Of a stretch of DNA of 64,000 nt, positions 8,214 through 18,093 are shown piece after piece. This stretch comes from Candidatus Poseidoniaceae archaeon. GTDB lineage: Archaea > Thermoplasmatota > Poseidoniia > Poseidoniales > Poseidoniaceae. The notes below the pieces were generated by a model that was given only the letters and a program-made list of their open reading frames with translations, searched no databases and was not told the origin of the DNA. A program made the translations under genes and the position numbers. Position 1 is the first letter of the stretch, and each line of letters starts with the position of its first letter. The stretch lies in NCBI GenBank assembly GCA_045568435.1, contig JBJLBB010000003.1:2509-66508 (forward strand). Reading direction: 5' to 3'.

Positions 8214-8618
8214 ATGGGTCGCTCTCTACCATGTATTCCGCAGAGTTGCTCAGCATGTTGTAGAGAGACTACAATGCCAATTACCAAATCAGAAGCCTCA
8301 CGTCTTTCAAGACGAACCGGCATGAAATTAGAACAATTCACCTGGTCCAATAATGGAATATTGACATTATTGAATAATGAAAAGACCAAGGCATGTGTAT
8401 TTTTACTGACAGATTCTTCAAATAAAAATGCCGAAGGGCTTTGCTCAGTCTATGACATTAGACCGAAAGGATGTACAACTTACCCATATGTTTTGGATAA
8501 AGATGACCAAGTAATACTTGATATGGGCTGTCCATACAAAGAAAGTTTTCCTCAACCAACCGAAGATGATGCAATGACTCTTCTCAATTTAGAGGACCGT
8601 TTGATGCGTGGAGAATAA
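8214..8618 (+). CDS. YkgJ family (CxxCxxCC) cysteine-cluster protein
   Basis: CSACC, CVFL and CSVYDIRPKGCTTYP motifs. Confidence 0.85.
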   Translation: MGRSLPCIPQSCSACCRETTMPITKSEASRLSRRTGMKLEQFTWSNNGILTLLNNEKTKACVFLLTDSSNKNAEGLCSVYDIRPKGCTTYPYVLDKDDQVILDMGCPYKESFPQPTEDDAMTLLNLEDRLMRGE

Positions 8619-9747
8619 GTCTTCCAAGACTTGCATGAACATGTTCGACCCATAGGCCACGGATATTCCATTTACAATCGTTTAACATTTGTCTGAAATC
8701 ATTCCATTCGCCATGTAGTAAGTTTATCTCCTGACTATCGATTTCGAGTTGGAGTTTCTTTACTTCAAGTGGTTGAATCGGTAAAATTAGTACCACTGCA
8801 GCATCATCGGCTGCAACATCACGGAAACTGTTTAGAGTGTTTTTTATCAATTCAAAATGTGATAAGGAACCATGAGAATTCCTACCATAAGGAGGATCTA
8901 GAACCAATCCAGAAATCTTTTGATGCCACCTTTTGGGTATCGAATTAGATAAGTCGGTAGCATCACCTCTGATAATTTCGACATTTTCTATTTGACTTAT
9001 TTCTTCACAATCCAATGCCCAAAGTATATTTTTTGAGGCACCATCGACCATTTCTTGTTCTAAATCAAGGGCGATAACATTTCTACCAATCAGCCCCGCT
9101 TCGATTAGAAAACCACCAGTTCCAGTCATCGGGTCTAAAACTGCATATTCATCCAATGGCCCTCCAGCCAGATTGACTGCTAATCTAGCAAGTTTTGGGT
9201 CTAAGCTTATCGGTTTGAAAAAAGGTCTTTCAGTAGCCCTTCTAGTGTTTGAGTTTTCCTCTTGAGAAATATAATCGATTAGCCAGCCACAAACAACTTT
9301 ACCACATGAACCATCTAATACTAGGCCCAGTTTATTATCGGGATTGTCCAAGTCAATAGTAAACCCATTTCTTCCAGCGATACCACCGATTAAGCCTGCG
9401 ATTTTGCTACCACTTAATCCATTGATTTTACCCTCTTGACGCCAATGAAATACTCCAAAAGAACCCTTTTTACCAGAATTTTCAATTTTATGTGAAACTT
9501 TAGAAATCAGTTCATCTAAGCAATCTTCACCACTCCAATCAATAATTACTGAATCATGTAAGATTGCTTGTATTCCACTACTATACTGGATAATATTGGC
9601 CGCATCTTGCAGATCTAATTCACCAGCAACTTCGACCAATCTTTGAGAATCTAAGGGTTTGATTTCATTGTCAGGAAATAGTGCTGATAATTCTGCTCTA
9701 GCAAGGGCAGGATGCCAACCACGCAAACACGCAATATTACCCGCCAT
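8584..9747 (-). CDS. trm11: tRNA (guanine-10-N2) methyltransferase, Trm11 family
   Basis: RPFFKPISLDPKLAR, SAM motif DPMTGTGG, DPPYG. Confidence 0.8.
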   Translation of the reverse strand: MAGNIACLRGWHPALARAELSALFPDNEIKPLDSQRLVEVAGELDLQDAANIIQYSSGIQAILHDSVIIDWSGEDCLDELISKVSHKIENSGKKGSFGVFHWRQEGKINGLSGSKIAGLIGGIAGRNGFTIDLDNPDNKLGLVLDGSCGKVVCGWLIDYISQEENSNTRRATERPFFKPISLDPKLARLAVNLAGGPLDEYAVLDPMTGTGGFLIEAGLIGRNVIALDLEQEMVDGASKNILWALDCEEISQIENVEIIRGDATDLSNSIPKRWHQKISGLVLDPPYGRNSHGSLSHFELIKNTLNSFRDVAADDAAVVLILPIQPLEVKKLQLEIDSQEINLLHGEWNDFRQMLNDCKWNIRGLWVEHVHASLGRLILHASNGPLN

Positions 9748-9833
9748 ACTACTGCCTCAACTTCCCCCTTCTTGACAAATTCGGCATTTCTACCAATGCG
9801 AATATACACATACTGTCACCTTTAGTGATAGTC

Positions 9834-10862
9834 ATGGGCTGTAATCTGCGCGACCTAGCATCGCCACAGAATATCGAATTAGAGTCACTTTCAGGAAAAA
9901 GAGTAGGAGTCGACGCGTTCCTCACCGCTTTTCAATTCCTGACTACCATCCGAGACAGATCACCTCAAGGTGATGGCGGTCCACTAAAGGCTGAGAATGG
10001 AAAGGTAGTATCCCATTTGATGGGATTTCTAAATCGAACCACTATGCTGTTGTCTAAAGGCATCAAGCCTGTGTTTATTTTTGATGGCAAATCTCCTGAT
10101 TTGAAAGCAGATGAACTAGCAATTCGTAGAGCAAGAAGGGACGAAGCACAGAAAATCCATGAGGAAGCCTTGGCTGCTGGAGACTTTGCACTAGCCCAAA
10201 AGATGGCTCAAAGAATAATGCATTACTCTCCAGAGATGGTACAAGAAACCAAGCAATTACTCGATTTACTCGGCGTACCGTGGGTTGACGCTAAAGCGGA
10301 AGGAGAAGGCCAAGCAGCGGTGATGGCAGCGATGGGTCAATTAGATGCAGTTGCAACACAAGATTGGGACGCTTTACTTTACGGAACACCAATTTTAATC
10401 AGGAACATGATGACCGATGGCACAAAACAACATGGTAGACTAGTTCATGCTCAAAAAATAAATTTGGAAGAACTATTGCAAGAGCATGAATTAACCAAGT
10501 CTCAATTGATTGATTTAGCAATAATGATTGGAACAGATTTCCATCCAGGAATTAGAGGTATTGGGCCAAAAACAGGTTTGAAATTGATCAAACTACATGG
10601 GACAATTGAAGAGATATGTGCTGTTAAAGACAAAGAAGTTCCAGAAAGGCTGGATGAAATAAGAGATATTTTCCATAATCATCCATCCAATGAAGTGGAC
10701 TCCGATAGTTTAGAACTCGGGACTATTGACCTTGAAGGTTTGAAACAGTTCCTTCAAATCGATAGACAATTCAGTCAGCGTAGAATGGATAATGCATTGG
10801 ATAAATTAAGAGAAGCCGGACTTATTCGTGAAGGTGGACAAACCTCATTATTTTCATTCTAA
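9834..10862 (+). CDS. fen: Flap endonuclease 1
   Basis: QFLTTIR, PVFIFDG, EGEGQAA, QDWDALLYG, GTDF..GIRGIGPKT; C-terminal PIP box QTSLFSF. Confidence 0.95.
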   Translation: MGCNLRDLASPQNIELESLSGKRVGVDAFLTAFQFLTTIRDRSPQGDGGPLKAENGKVVSHLMGFLNRTTMLLSKGIKPVFIFDGKSPDLKADELAIRRARRDEAQKIHEEALAAGDFALAQKMAQRIMHYSPEMVQETKQLLDLLGVPWVDAKAEGEGQAAVMAAMGQLDAVATQDWDALLYGTPILIRNMMTDGTKQHGRLVHAQKINLEELLQEHELTKSQLIDLAIMIGTDFHPGIRGIGPKTGLKLIKLHGTIEEICAVKDKEVPERLDEIRDIFHNHPSNEVDSDSLELGTIDLEGLKQFLQIDRQFSQRRMDNALDKLREAGLIREGGQTSLFSF

Positions 10863-10864
10863 CT

Positions 10865-11890
10865 TTAGTAGAATCTCAAAGGGCTTGCTAATACTTGAAC
10901 GCCTTTATGATTAGAAACAAGCCCTCTATCAATTGATTGTGGGTCGTTTAATGCTTCACTGATTGTATTTACCGGAGAGCAAGGGATTCCTTGTAGTAAA
11001 TCTTCTAAATCTTTCCGAGTTTTATTTTTGATTATCTCTGCGATACAGGTTTCAACATCATCTCTCGCTGCTATTCGACCAGAGTTTTCATTCCACTCAG
11101 GCCTTGTTTCAAGGCCAAGAATTCCAACTAATTTCTCCCATTGTAGGTCAGAACCAACTCCAATTACAAACCATCCATCCTCGACTTCAAAAGCTCTGTA
11201 AGGTACTAGGTTTGGATGTGCAGAACCCATTCTAGTAGGGTCTTTTCCACTCGCTAGCACATTATGTGCCTGATTCACTAGCGCTGCAATAGCACAATCC
11301 CAAAGGGAAATATCGATTTTTTTTGCTTCTCCAGTTTTCATTTTATGAAATAGAGCAGCCAATATCGCATTTGAGGCATTTAGTCCAGTTATTACGTCAA
11401 TCCAAGCCACTCCGACTTTGGCGGGTTGACCCTCAGCATCTCCAGTAATACTCATAATTCCCGAGCGAGCCTGAAGGGCAATATCATAACCAGGTTCATC
11501 TTTTCTTGGACCTGTTGAACCATAGGCTGATATTGAGCAGACAATAAGGTCATCAGGTAGTTTTCCTAGAAGCCTTTCTAGAGTTCCTGGTCTGAAATTT
11601 TCGACAAGAACATCAGCATCTTGAATCATTTCTATCACTTCATCTGCTTGATTTTTTAGATTCAAATTGATTATTTCTTTACCTCTATTACAAGATAAAA
11701 AGTAGGCTGCTACCTGTTTTCCGTCAAATCCGGCGGTAAATGGTGGGCCCCATTTTCTAGTATCATCGCCCCATGGAGCCTCTACTTTGATCACTTCTGC
11801 TCCTAAATCGGATAGCATTTGGGTGGCATAAGGTCCTGCTAAAACCCTTGAAAGATCTACTATTTTCACACCGTCAAGTATTCCGCTCAT
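10865..11890 (-). CDS. CaiB/BaiF family (class III) CoA-transferase
   Basis: DLSRVLAGP, LGAEVIKVE, NRGK, DVLVENFRPG, GYD motifs. Confidence 0.9.
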   Translation of the reverse strand: MSGILDGVKIVDLSRVLAGPYATQMLSDLGAEVIKVEAPWGDDTRKWGPPFTAGFDGKQVAAYFLSCNRGKEIINLNLKNQADEVIEMIQDADVLVENFRPGTLERLLGKLPDDLIVCSISAYGSTGPRKDEPGYDIALQARSGIMSITGDAEGQPAKVGVAWIDVITGLNASNAILAALFHKMKTGEAKKIDISLWDCAIAALVNQAHNVLASGKDPTRMGSAHPNLVPYRAFEVEDGWFVIGVGSDLQWEKLVGILGLETRPEWNENSGRIAARDDVETCIAEIIKNKTRKDLEDLLQGIPCSPVNTISEALNDPQSIDRGLVSNHKGVQVLASPLRFY

Positions 11891-11927
11891 GTACGTGGCA
11901 CAAAGTCGCATGTGTTGAATTAATCCA

Positions 11928-13346
11928 TTACTCGGCTAAATGATATACATCATTAGAAGTTTCAGTTTCAAAAATAATCCATCTTTCATCTAGATAATTT
12001 GTTGTGTCATCGGTTAAAATTACCCATGAAATTTGGTTTTCTATCAATATCGAACTCCAATTCATACTTTCATCGGCCCAATAAGCAGTGATATTTCTAT
12101 CATGTCCCGGGTCAGTAGTTATCTGAAGAGTATACAGTCGATGCATTGCTAAAGGAGGGTCTGCAATATACAATATATTCTCCCCGTCTTCCATTTCATC
12201 ATATAATTCTTCACCAAGTTGTTCAATTCCGCGCTCAAATGTTAAGATATAAGAATTAATGATAATCATCAAAGCTATGACTATTGACATAAGGCTCTTA
12301 TTTTTATTCTCCTTTAATTTAATTGCAGGCTCTTTTTGTTTAGCCATCTGCGCCCACCAAAGAGGTACAGCAAGTACAGTGACATATCGATATATGTAGC
12401 TAAAACGGTCTTGAACAATTTCCCTTGATGCATTTAATGTATCCATTTCTACCAAGAATAACATCGCGATATAACCACATAAGCCTGCGAAAACAAACTG
12501 TGATAGAAGCGAAAGGTAATCAGATTCGTAACTATTTTGTTTGGAATTAGAGGTAAACAATAAAACTGCAATATAGAGATAGACTATCCCTGCAATAAAT
12601 ATTGTAATTGGTAGTATTATAATCAAATCTGAATGAATTTCACCCAGCCTCGTCCAAACAAGAATAACAGAGATGACGACAGTTATTGCTAGTAAAGTAA
12701 TATTATTCACCGGCTTATATCGAGGTCGATATAATTCCAAAGATAGAATTGGTAGGTACAAGTATAGTGCATATTTTACTGGTAAACCTTTGATTGAAAG
12801 TATTGAGGCAAGGAAAATCAAACATATTATTTGCCAAAATTTATTATTTTCTTTACGTAAAATTTTGACAATAGAATACAAAACTATAGTTGCACATAAT
12901 ATCACAATGCTTTCTTGATATAGCCTCCCAGTAGACCTAACCAGAGGCGAATAAATTGACAATATTGCGGTTAAAGCAAGAGCATTTTGACCGCCCCAAA
13001 GCGATTTGGTACAAAAATAAACTACACTCAAAGCAGAGAATGAGATTATCAAACCAAGAATATGAAGACTCAGCAAAGAGATGCCAAATATCGTGAACCA
13101 TACATCGATAATTCCATGCCAAACAAACCATTTATCATCAGCAGGTATTTCTTCTGCAACCGATTGATTGGAACCATCTATTCTTAGGTGCCCCCAATCT
13201 AAAGTGGAGTCTCCATCAGCGATCTTGTCACTAACATAGGTTGAATGGACGTGAGCATCAAGTCCCAATGGCATGAATACTGCTGCAAGAATTTGAAACA
13301 ATATTCCTATTGCGAGAATTGAAAACCAAATTCGCCTCTCTTGCAT
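11928..13346 (-). CDS. Multi-pass membrane protein, possibly GT-C fold (ArnT/PMT-like) glycosyltransferase
   Basis: ~11 hydrophobic segments; acidic motif (GLDAHVH) after TM1; soluble C-terminal domain. Confidence 0.55.
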   Translation of the reverse strand: MQERRIWFSILAIGILFQILAAVFMPLGLDAHVHSTYVSDKIADGDSTLDWGHLRIDGSNQSVAEEIPADDKWFVWHGIIDVWFTIFGISLLSLHILGLIISFSALSVVYFCTKSLWGGQNALALTAILSIYSPLVRSTGRLYQESIVILCATIVLYSIVKILRKENNKFWQIICLIFLASILSIKGLPVKYALYLYLPILSLELYRPRYKPVNNITLLAITVVISVILVWTRLGEIHSDLIIILPITIFIAGIVYLYIAVLLFTSNSKQNSYESDYLSLLSQFVFAGLCGYIAMLFLVEMDTLNASREIVQDRFSYIYRYVTVLAVPLWWAQMAKQKEPAIKLKENKNKSLMSIVIALMIIINSYILTFERGIEQLGEELYDEMEDGENILYIADPPLAMHRLYTLQITTDPGHDRNITAYWADESMNWSSILIENQISWVILTDDTTNYLDERWIIFETETSNDVYHLAE

Positions 13347-13462
13347 AACAAGTTGTCACCACTCTTACCTTTGAGCATTGTTCACAATCAACTGGTAATA
13401 GGCGAGTTTCTCTAAACCTTGCTTTCGCTCAAGTCTTGAGAAAATCAGAATCTAATTCAGAT

Positions 13463-13642
13463 TCAATTATTCTTGTCGTTTTGAACTTGAACACGCACTG
13501 CTTGAGCAGAAGCCTTGCTGTCTTGCATAGCCTTACGTACGCGTGTACCAGCAGCGGAGTTACCCTTGTCATGCTTTGCAGCATCTACAAGTGTGGAAGT
13601 CAATTCATCAATCATATTTTGTACCATAGCCTCGACAGACAT
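13463..13642 (-). CDS. Histone H1-like protein, Hc1 family (59 aa)
   Basis: DAAKHDKGNSAAGTRVRKAMQ signature of Hc1-family proteins. Confidence 0.8.
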   Translation of the reverse strand: MSVEAMVQNMIDELTSTLVDAAKHDKGNSAAGTRVRKAMQDSKASAQAVRVQVQNDKNN

Positions 13643-13838
13643 AAGAGCCCCCCAGTGAAATCGGTCTTTATGTGTTTTGCCGACATGGTTAATCGCCAAA
13701 TCAAATAGATTAGCCCACAGGATGGCTTTTTTGATTCAAAAACAAAGATAATTTATCAAAATCTTATTTTTTCAAAGTTCGTTATTTTTAGAAGGGTTTG
13801 AAAGCCGAGCACCTTAGGAGTAACATGAGGGACTAATT

Positions 13839-16511
13839 GTGGGCTTTGAGTCTGACAGCGTTTTACCTGACCCTGACCCTATTTCTACTCAAGAATGGGT
13901 AGATTCTATTCTGGCTGTACAAGGCCAACATGGTAATGAAGAAGCAAGACGCTTACTACTTGCCACAATGTCTGCTGCAAAGTCTGCAGGAGTTGATATT
14001 GATGCTATTAATTCACCATACCTCAACACAATATCACCCAGTAGACAAGGTACATATCCTGGGAATCTAGAACTGGAAAAGAAATTGCATGAAGTAATCC
14101 GTTGGAATGCAATGATGATTGTAACTAGAGCGAACAAATATTTCGAAGGGATCGGTGGCCACATCTCCACATATGCATCCACGTCACATGCCTGGGAATC
14201 AGGATTCAACCACTTCTTTAGAGGCAAAGACGGTGATGGTTCTGGTGACCATGTATACTGGCAAGGACACGCCTCACCAGGTGTTTATGCAAGAGCCTGG
14301 CTCGAGGGAAGGCTTTCAAAAGATGAAATCGAAATGTTCCGTCAAGAAACTGGAGGCAAAGGACTCTCATCATACCCTCACCCTAGATTGATGCCAAACT
14401 TTTGGGAGTTCCCAAGTGTTAGTATGGGGCTTGGTGGTATGACAGCAATCCATCAAGCAAGATTCAATCGTTATCTTGAATCCAGAGGGCTATGCAATAC
14501 TACTGGCTCAAGAGTATGGTACACGATGGGTGATGGAGAATCAGATGAACCCGAATCCCTTTCGCAGTTATCTCTAGCAGCGCGTGAAGGATTAGATAAT
14601 ATAATCATGACAATGAATTGTAATTTACAGAGGCTCGACGGGCCCGTAAGAGGGAATTCAAAGATAGTTCAAGAATTAGAAGGTAGATTTAGAGGAGCTG
14701 GATGGAATGTCATCAAAGTTCTATGGGGGAGCAGTTGGGATGACTTATTCTCACGCGATAGCAAAGGATTACTTGCTTCTAGACTTAATTCACTTGTCGA
14801 TGGAGACGAGCAAAGAATTATGACATCAGATGGCTCAATTATCCGTAAAGAATTATTCAATACCCCTGAACTTTCAGAGTTAGTTTCACAATATTCGGAT
14901 GAAGATTTAGAGAATCTATGTGAAGATGTCGGCGGTCATGATTTTGTCAAACTACACGCAGCATATGCACAAGCAACCGCCCACAAAGGACAACCTACCG
15001 CGGTCATAATTAGAACCATCAAAGGTTATGGCCTTGGCCCAGCATTCGCTGGTAAAAATACTACGCACCAGAAGAAAAAAGCAGATATCGAAAGTATGAA
15101 ATTTATGCGTGACGATATGAATTTATCTTTCAGTGATGAAGATTTAGAAAATTACCCATTCATTAATCCCGAAGATGTTCCTGAGTTAGTCAAGTATGCT
15201 ATGTCTAGGCGCAAAGCATTACATGGCCCGGTTCCAGAGCGCCGTTCACCAAAATCTAATCTTGTAATGCCGGGTGATGAGGTTTATTCTGAATTTGATC
15301 AAGGAACGAAAGGAAAGATGCAAGTATCTACTACCATGGCTTTTGTTAGATTACTTAGAGGCCTGATGAAATCTAAAGAATTGGGACCTAATGTAGTCCC
15401 AATTATTCCAGACGAAGCCAGAACATTCGGTATGGACCCATTATTTTCAGAGTTTGGAATCTATCATCCTGAGGGTCAACTTTACACTCCTGTTGACCAC
15501 AAAGTCATTATGAAATACAAAGAATCAGAAGCAGGTCAATTATTCGAAGAAGGAATAAATGAAGCAGGAGCAACATCGACTTTCATTGCATCTGCAACTT
15601 CCTATTCAACACATGGACTACCTACAATTCCATTCTACATCTTCTATTCTATGTTTGGTTTTCAAAGAGTTGCAGATTTGATTTGGTCTGCAGCAGACCA
15701 ACGTGCAAGAGGATTCTTGATGGGAGCGACTTCTGGTCGAACCACATTGAATGGAGAAGGACTTCAACATCAAGATGGACATTCACTTCTAATGGCTCAT
15801 ACCAACCCATCAGTGAGAGCTTGGGACCCAGCATTTGCATATGAACTTGGGACAATTATTCAACATGGCATCAAGGAAATGTTCGAACAAGATGTAGATG
15901 TGATGTATTATATCGCTGTTTACAATGAAAACTACCCAATGCCTGCTAAGCCGAAAAATGTCGATGAAGGAATAATTAGAGGACTATACAAATTACGTGG
16001 CGCTCCTAAAGGAGATGGACCAATAGTACGCTTACTCGGCTCAGGCCCCATAATGCTACAAGTATTAGATGCGGTAGAGAAATTGGAAGAATTTGGTATA
16101 CGAAGTGAAATATGGTCTGCAACCTCATATGGTGAATTACGTCGTGATGGACTTGAATGTGAAAGATGGAACCGCCTCAATCCTAGCGAACCAGAGAAAC
16201 AATCATGGGTTCAAGAAAAGCTAGGCTCCTCCAAAGACCCAATTATAGCGGTATCAGATAATATGGCAGCAGTACCAGATATGGTTAGACAATGGATGCC
16301 CGATGATTATACAGTGCTAGGTACCGATGGTTTTGGGCGCTCTGATACCAGAGAAGCACTAAGGAGATTCTTCGAAATCGATGGGGAATCAATTACCTTA
16401 GCAGCGATATCTAGGCTCGTTCGAAAAAATATTATCGATTCAAAGGTTTATGATAAGGCTGTAAAGAAATTCAAAGTAAGTACAGAACGGCATGATATAA
16501 CTGAGATTTAA
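13839..16511 (+). CDS. aceE: Pyruvate dehydrogenase E1, homodimeric bacterial type
   Basis: GGHISTYAS, QGHASPG, SYPHP, TPP motif GDGE...NCNLQRLDGPVRGN, GEGLQH, GTDGFGRSD. Confidence 0.93.
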   Translation: MGFESDSVLPDPDPISTQEWVDSILAVQGQHGNEEARRLLLATMSAAKSAGVDIDAINSPYLNTISPSRQGTYPGNLELEKKLHEVIRWNAMMIVTRANKYFEGIGGHISTYASTSHAWESGFNHFFRGKDGDGSGDHVYWQGHASPGVYARAWLEGRLSKDEIEMFRQETGGKGLSSYPHPRLMPNFWEFPSVSMGLGGMTAIHQARFNRYLESRGLCNTTGSRVWYTMGDGESDEPESLSQLSLAAREGLDNIIMTMNCNLQRLDGPVRGNSKIVQELEGRFRGAGWNVIKVLWGSSWDDLFSRDSKGLLASRLNSLVDGDEQRIMTSDGSIIRKELFNTPELSELVSQYSDEDLENLCEDVGGHDFVKLHAAYAQATAHKGQPTAVIIRTIKGYGLGPAFAGKNTTHQKKKADIESMKFMRDDMNLSFSDEDLENYPFINPEDVPELVKYAMSRRKALHGPVPERRSPKSNLVMPGDEVYSEFDQGTKGKMQVSTTMAFVRLLRGLMKSKELGPNVVPIIPDEARTFGMDPLFSEFGIYHPEGQLYTPVDHKVIMKYKESEAGQLFEEGINEAGATSTFIASATSYSTHGLPTIPFYIFYSMFGFQRVADLIWSAADQRARGFLMGATSGRTTLNGEGLQHQDGHSLLMAHTNPSVRAWDPAFAYELGTIIQHGIKEMFEQDVDVMYYIAVYNENYPMPAKPKNVDEGIIRGLYKLRGAPKGDGPIVRLLGSGPIMLQVLDAVEKLEEFGIRSEIWSATSYGELRRDGLECERWNRLNPSEPEKQSWVQEKLGSSKDPIIAVSDNMAAVPDMVRQWMPDDYTVLGTDGFGRSDTREALRRFFEIDGESITLAAISRLVRKNIIDSKVYDKAVKKFKVSTERHDITEI

Positions 16512-16551
16512 TCCATCGACGATTCAATAATCTAAATCCTCTACGGAGTCT

Positions 16552-16860
16552 ATGGCGCTAGTACTTGTGATGGTAACATTTCCCGATGATGATTCTGCTA
16601 AATCGATGATAGAAAAAGTGCTTGAACAAAGATTAGCAGCATGTATACTTCACATGGAAGTCAACTCCTCATACATTTGGAAAAACCAAAATCAACAGGA
16701 ACAAGAAGTGTTGGCTCTATTCAAAACCAACCAAACTAATTTCGAACAACTTGAACAATATATTTCTACTCATCACCCTTATGATGTTCCTGCAATTCTA
16801 AAGATTGATGCATCGGCGAACCAAGATTATCAAAACTGGATTGATAGTATAATCTCTTGA
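16552..16860 (+). CDS. cutA: Divalent-cation tolerance protein CutA
   Basis: LAAC, SxYxW, HPYDVP motifs. Confidence 0.9.
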   Translation: MALVLVMVTFPDDDSAKSMIEKVLEQRLAACILHMEVNSSYIWKNQNQQEQEVLALFKTNQTNFEQLEQYISTHHPYDVPAILKIDASANQDYQNWIDSIIS

Positions 16861-16949
16861 TTTGGATTTTTGACTAAGGTACTAAAACGCGCGTCCTAGA
16901 GTGTTTGTTATCCGATTGGATTATGAAGCCGCGCGACGCAGATGTTTCT

Positions 16950-17861
16950 ATGACAAGAAAGAAGGGGACAAAAAAGACGTCCTCTAGTCAAACTTCGAGT
17001 TTTGGAGTTTCCAAACGTGAAGGTCATGATTCTTCCAAGTATTATGATACAAAAATGTATCAAGGAATTCCTAAGCAAAGCGATGTAGGAGACCCACAAG
17101 AATTTCCAGAATTCTTGAGAGATAGTCTGATTTGTGGTGATTCAAGAGACATGAGTATGATACCACCAAATAGTGTTCAATTGATGGTTACTTCACCACC
17201 ATATAATGTGACTAAGGAATATGATGAAGACCTCAGCCTCCAAGAATACCTCAACATGTTACGAGGGGTTTTCAGTGAAACATACCGTGTTCTAGCACCA
17301 GGGGGTAGGGCGATAATAAATATCGCAAATGTTGGAAGAAAGCCCTACATTCCGCTGACAAGTTATGTCAATATGATAATGCTTGAACTAGGTTTTCTCA
17401 TGCGAGGCGAAGTGATTTGGGATAAATCAGCATCAGCCGGTTCAAGTACTGCTTGGGGGTCTTTCAAATCAGCTTCTAACCCATGTCTTAGAGATGTACA
17501 TGAATACATATTGATCTATTCAAAAGGTTCATTCAAACTCGATAGAACAAAACAGGAGAGGGCTGAAGGAAGAGATGATACAATTGAGAAACAAGAGTTC
17601 ATCGATTTGACCAAATCAATTTGGCGATTTCCAACAGCATCAGCAAAACGAATAGGGCATCCTGCACCGTTCCCAAATGAGTTGCCTCGTAGATGTATTG
17701 AATTTTATACATTCAAGGGAGATGTTGTTCTAGACCCATTTATTGGTTCAGGTTCAACCGCATGTGCTGCTAAAACTACTGGAAGAAGTTACATTGGTTA
17801 TGACATTAGTCAAGATTATATTGAATTGGCCGAACAGAGAATCAATCAATTAGATGAATAA
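16950..17861 (+). CDS. Orphan amino-DNA methyltransferase, beta class (N4-C/N6-A)
   Basis: Motif IV TSPPY precedes HPAPFP and motif I LDPFIGSGST. Confidence 0.9.
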   Translation: MTRKKGTKKTSSSQTSSFGVSKREGHDSSKYYDTKMYQGIPKQSDVGDPQEFPEFLRDSLICGDSRDMSMIPPNSVQLMVTSPPYNVTKEYDEDLSLQEYLNMLRGVFSETYRVLAPGGRAIINIANVGRKPYIPLTSYVNMIMLELGFLMRGEVIWDKSASAGSSTAWGSFKSASNPCLRDVHEYILIYSKGSFKLDRTKQERAEGRDDTIEKQEFIDLTKSIWRFPTASAKRIGHPAPFPNELPRRCIEFYTFKGDVVLDPFIGSGSTACAAKTTGRSYIGYDISQDYIELAEQRINQLDE

Positions 17862-17895
17862 TTTTCTTTATACAGTGTAGACTTTTCATACTAAT

Positions 17896-18093
17896 ATGAA
17901 ATACATTATACTTTCAGATGAGACTTTGGAGCCCAAAGAACTTGGAATCATTAATATGAAAATTTTCGATAAGAAATCGGGACTAATTGCGCGTGTTTCA
18001 GAAATGATTTGCGCCGGTTGGAGCCCTCAAGGCGGAGTCTCTTACGGCGATGGCAAATTTCTTCAAGCACTGATTATGCAAGAAGAGGAATAA
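17896..18093 (+). CDS. Small protein, DUF1737-like
   Basis: RVSEMICAGWSPQGGVS motif; 65 aa. Confidence 0.55.
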   Translation: MKYIILSDETLEPKELGIINMKIFDKKSGLIARVSEMICAGWSPQGGVSYGDGKFLQALIMQEEE

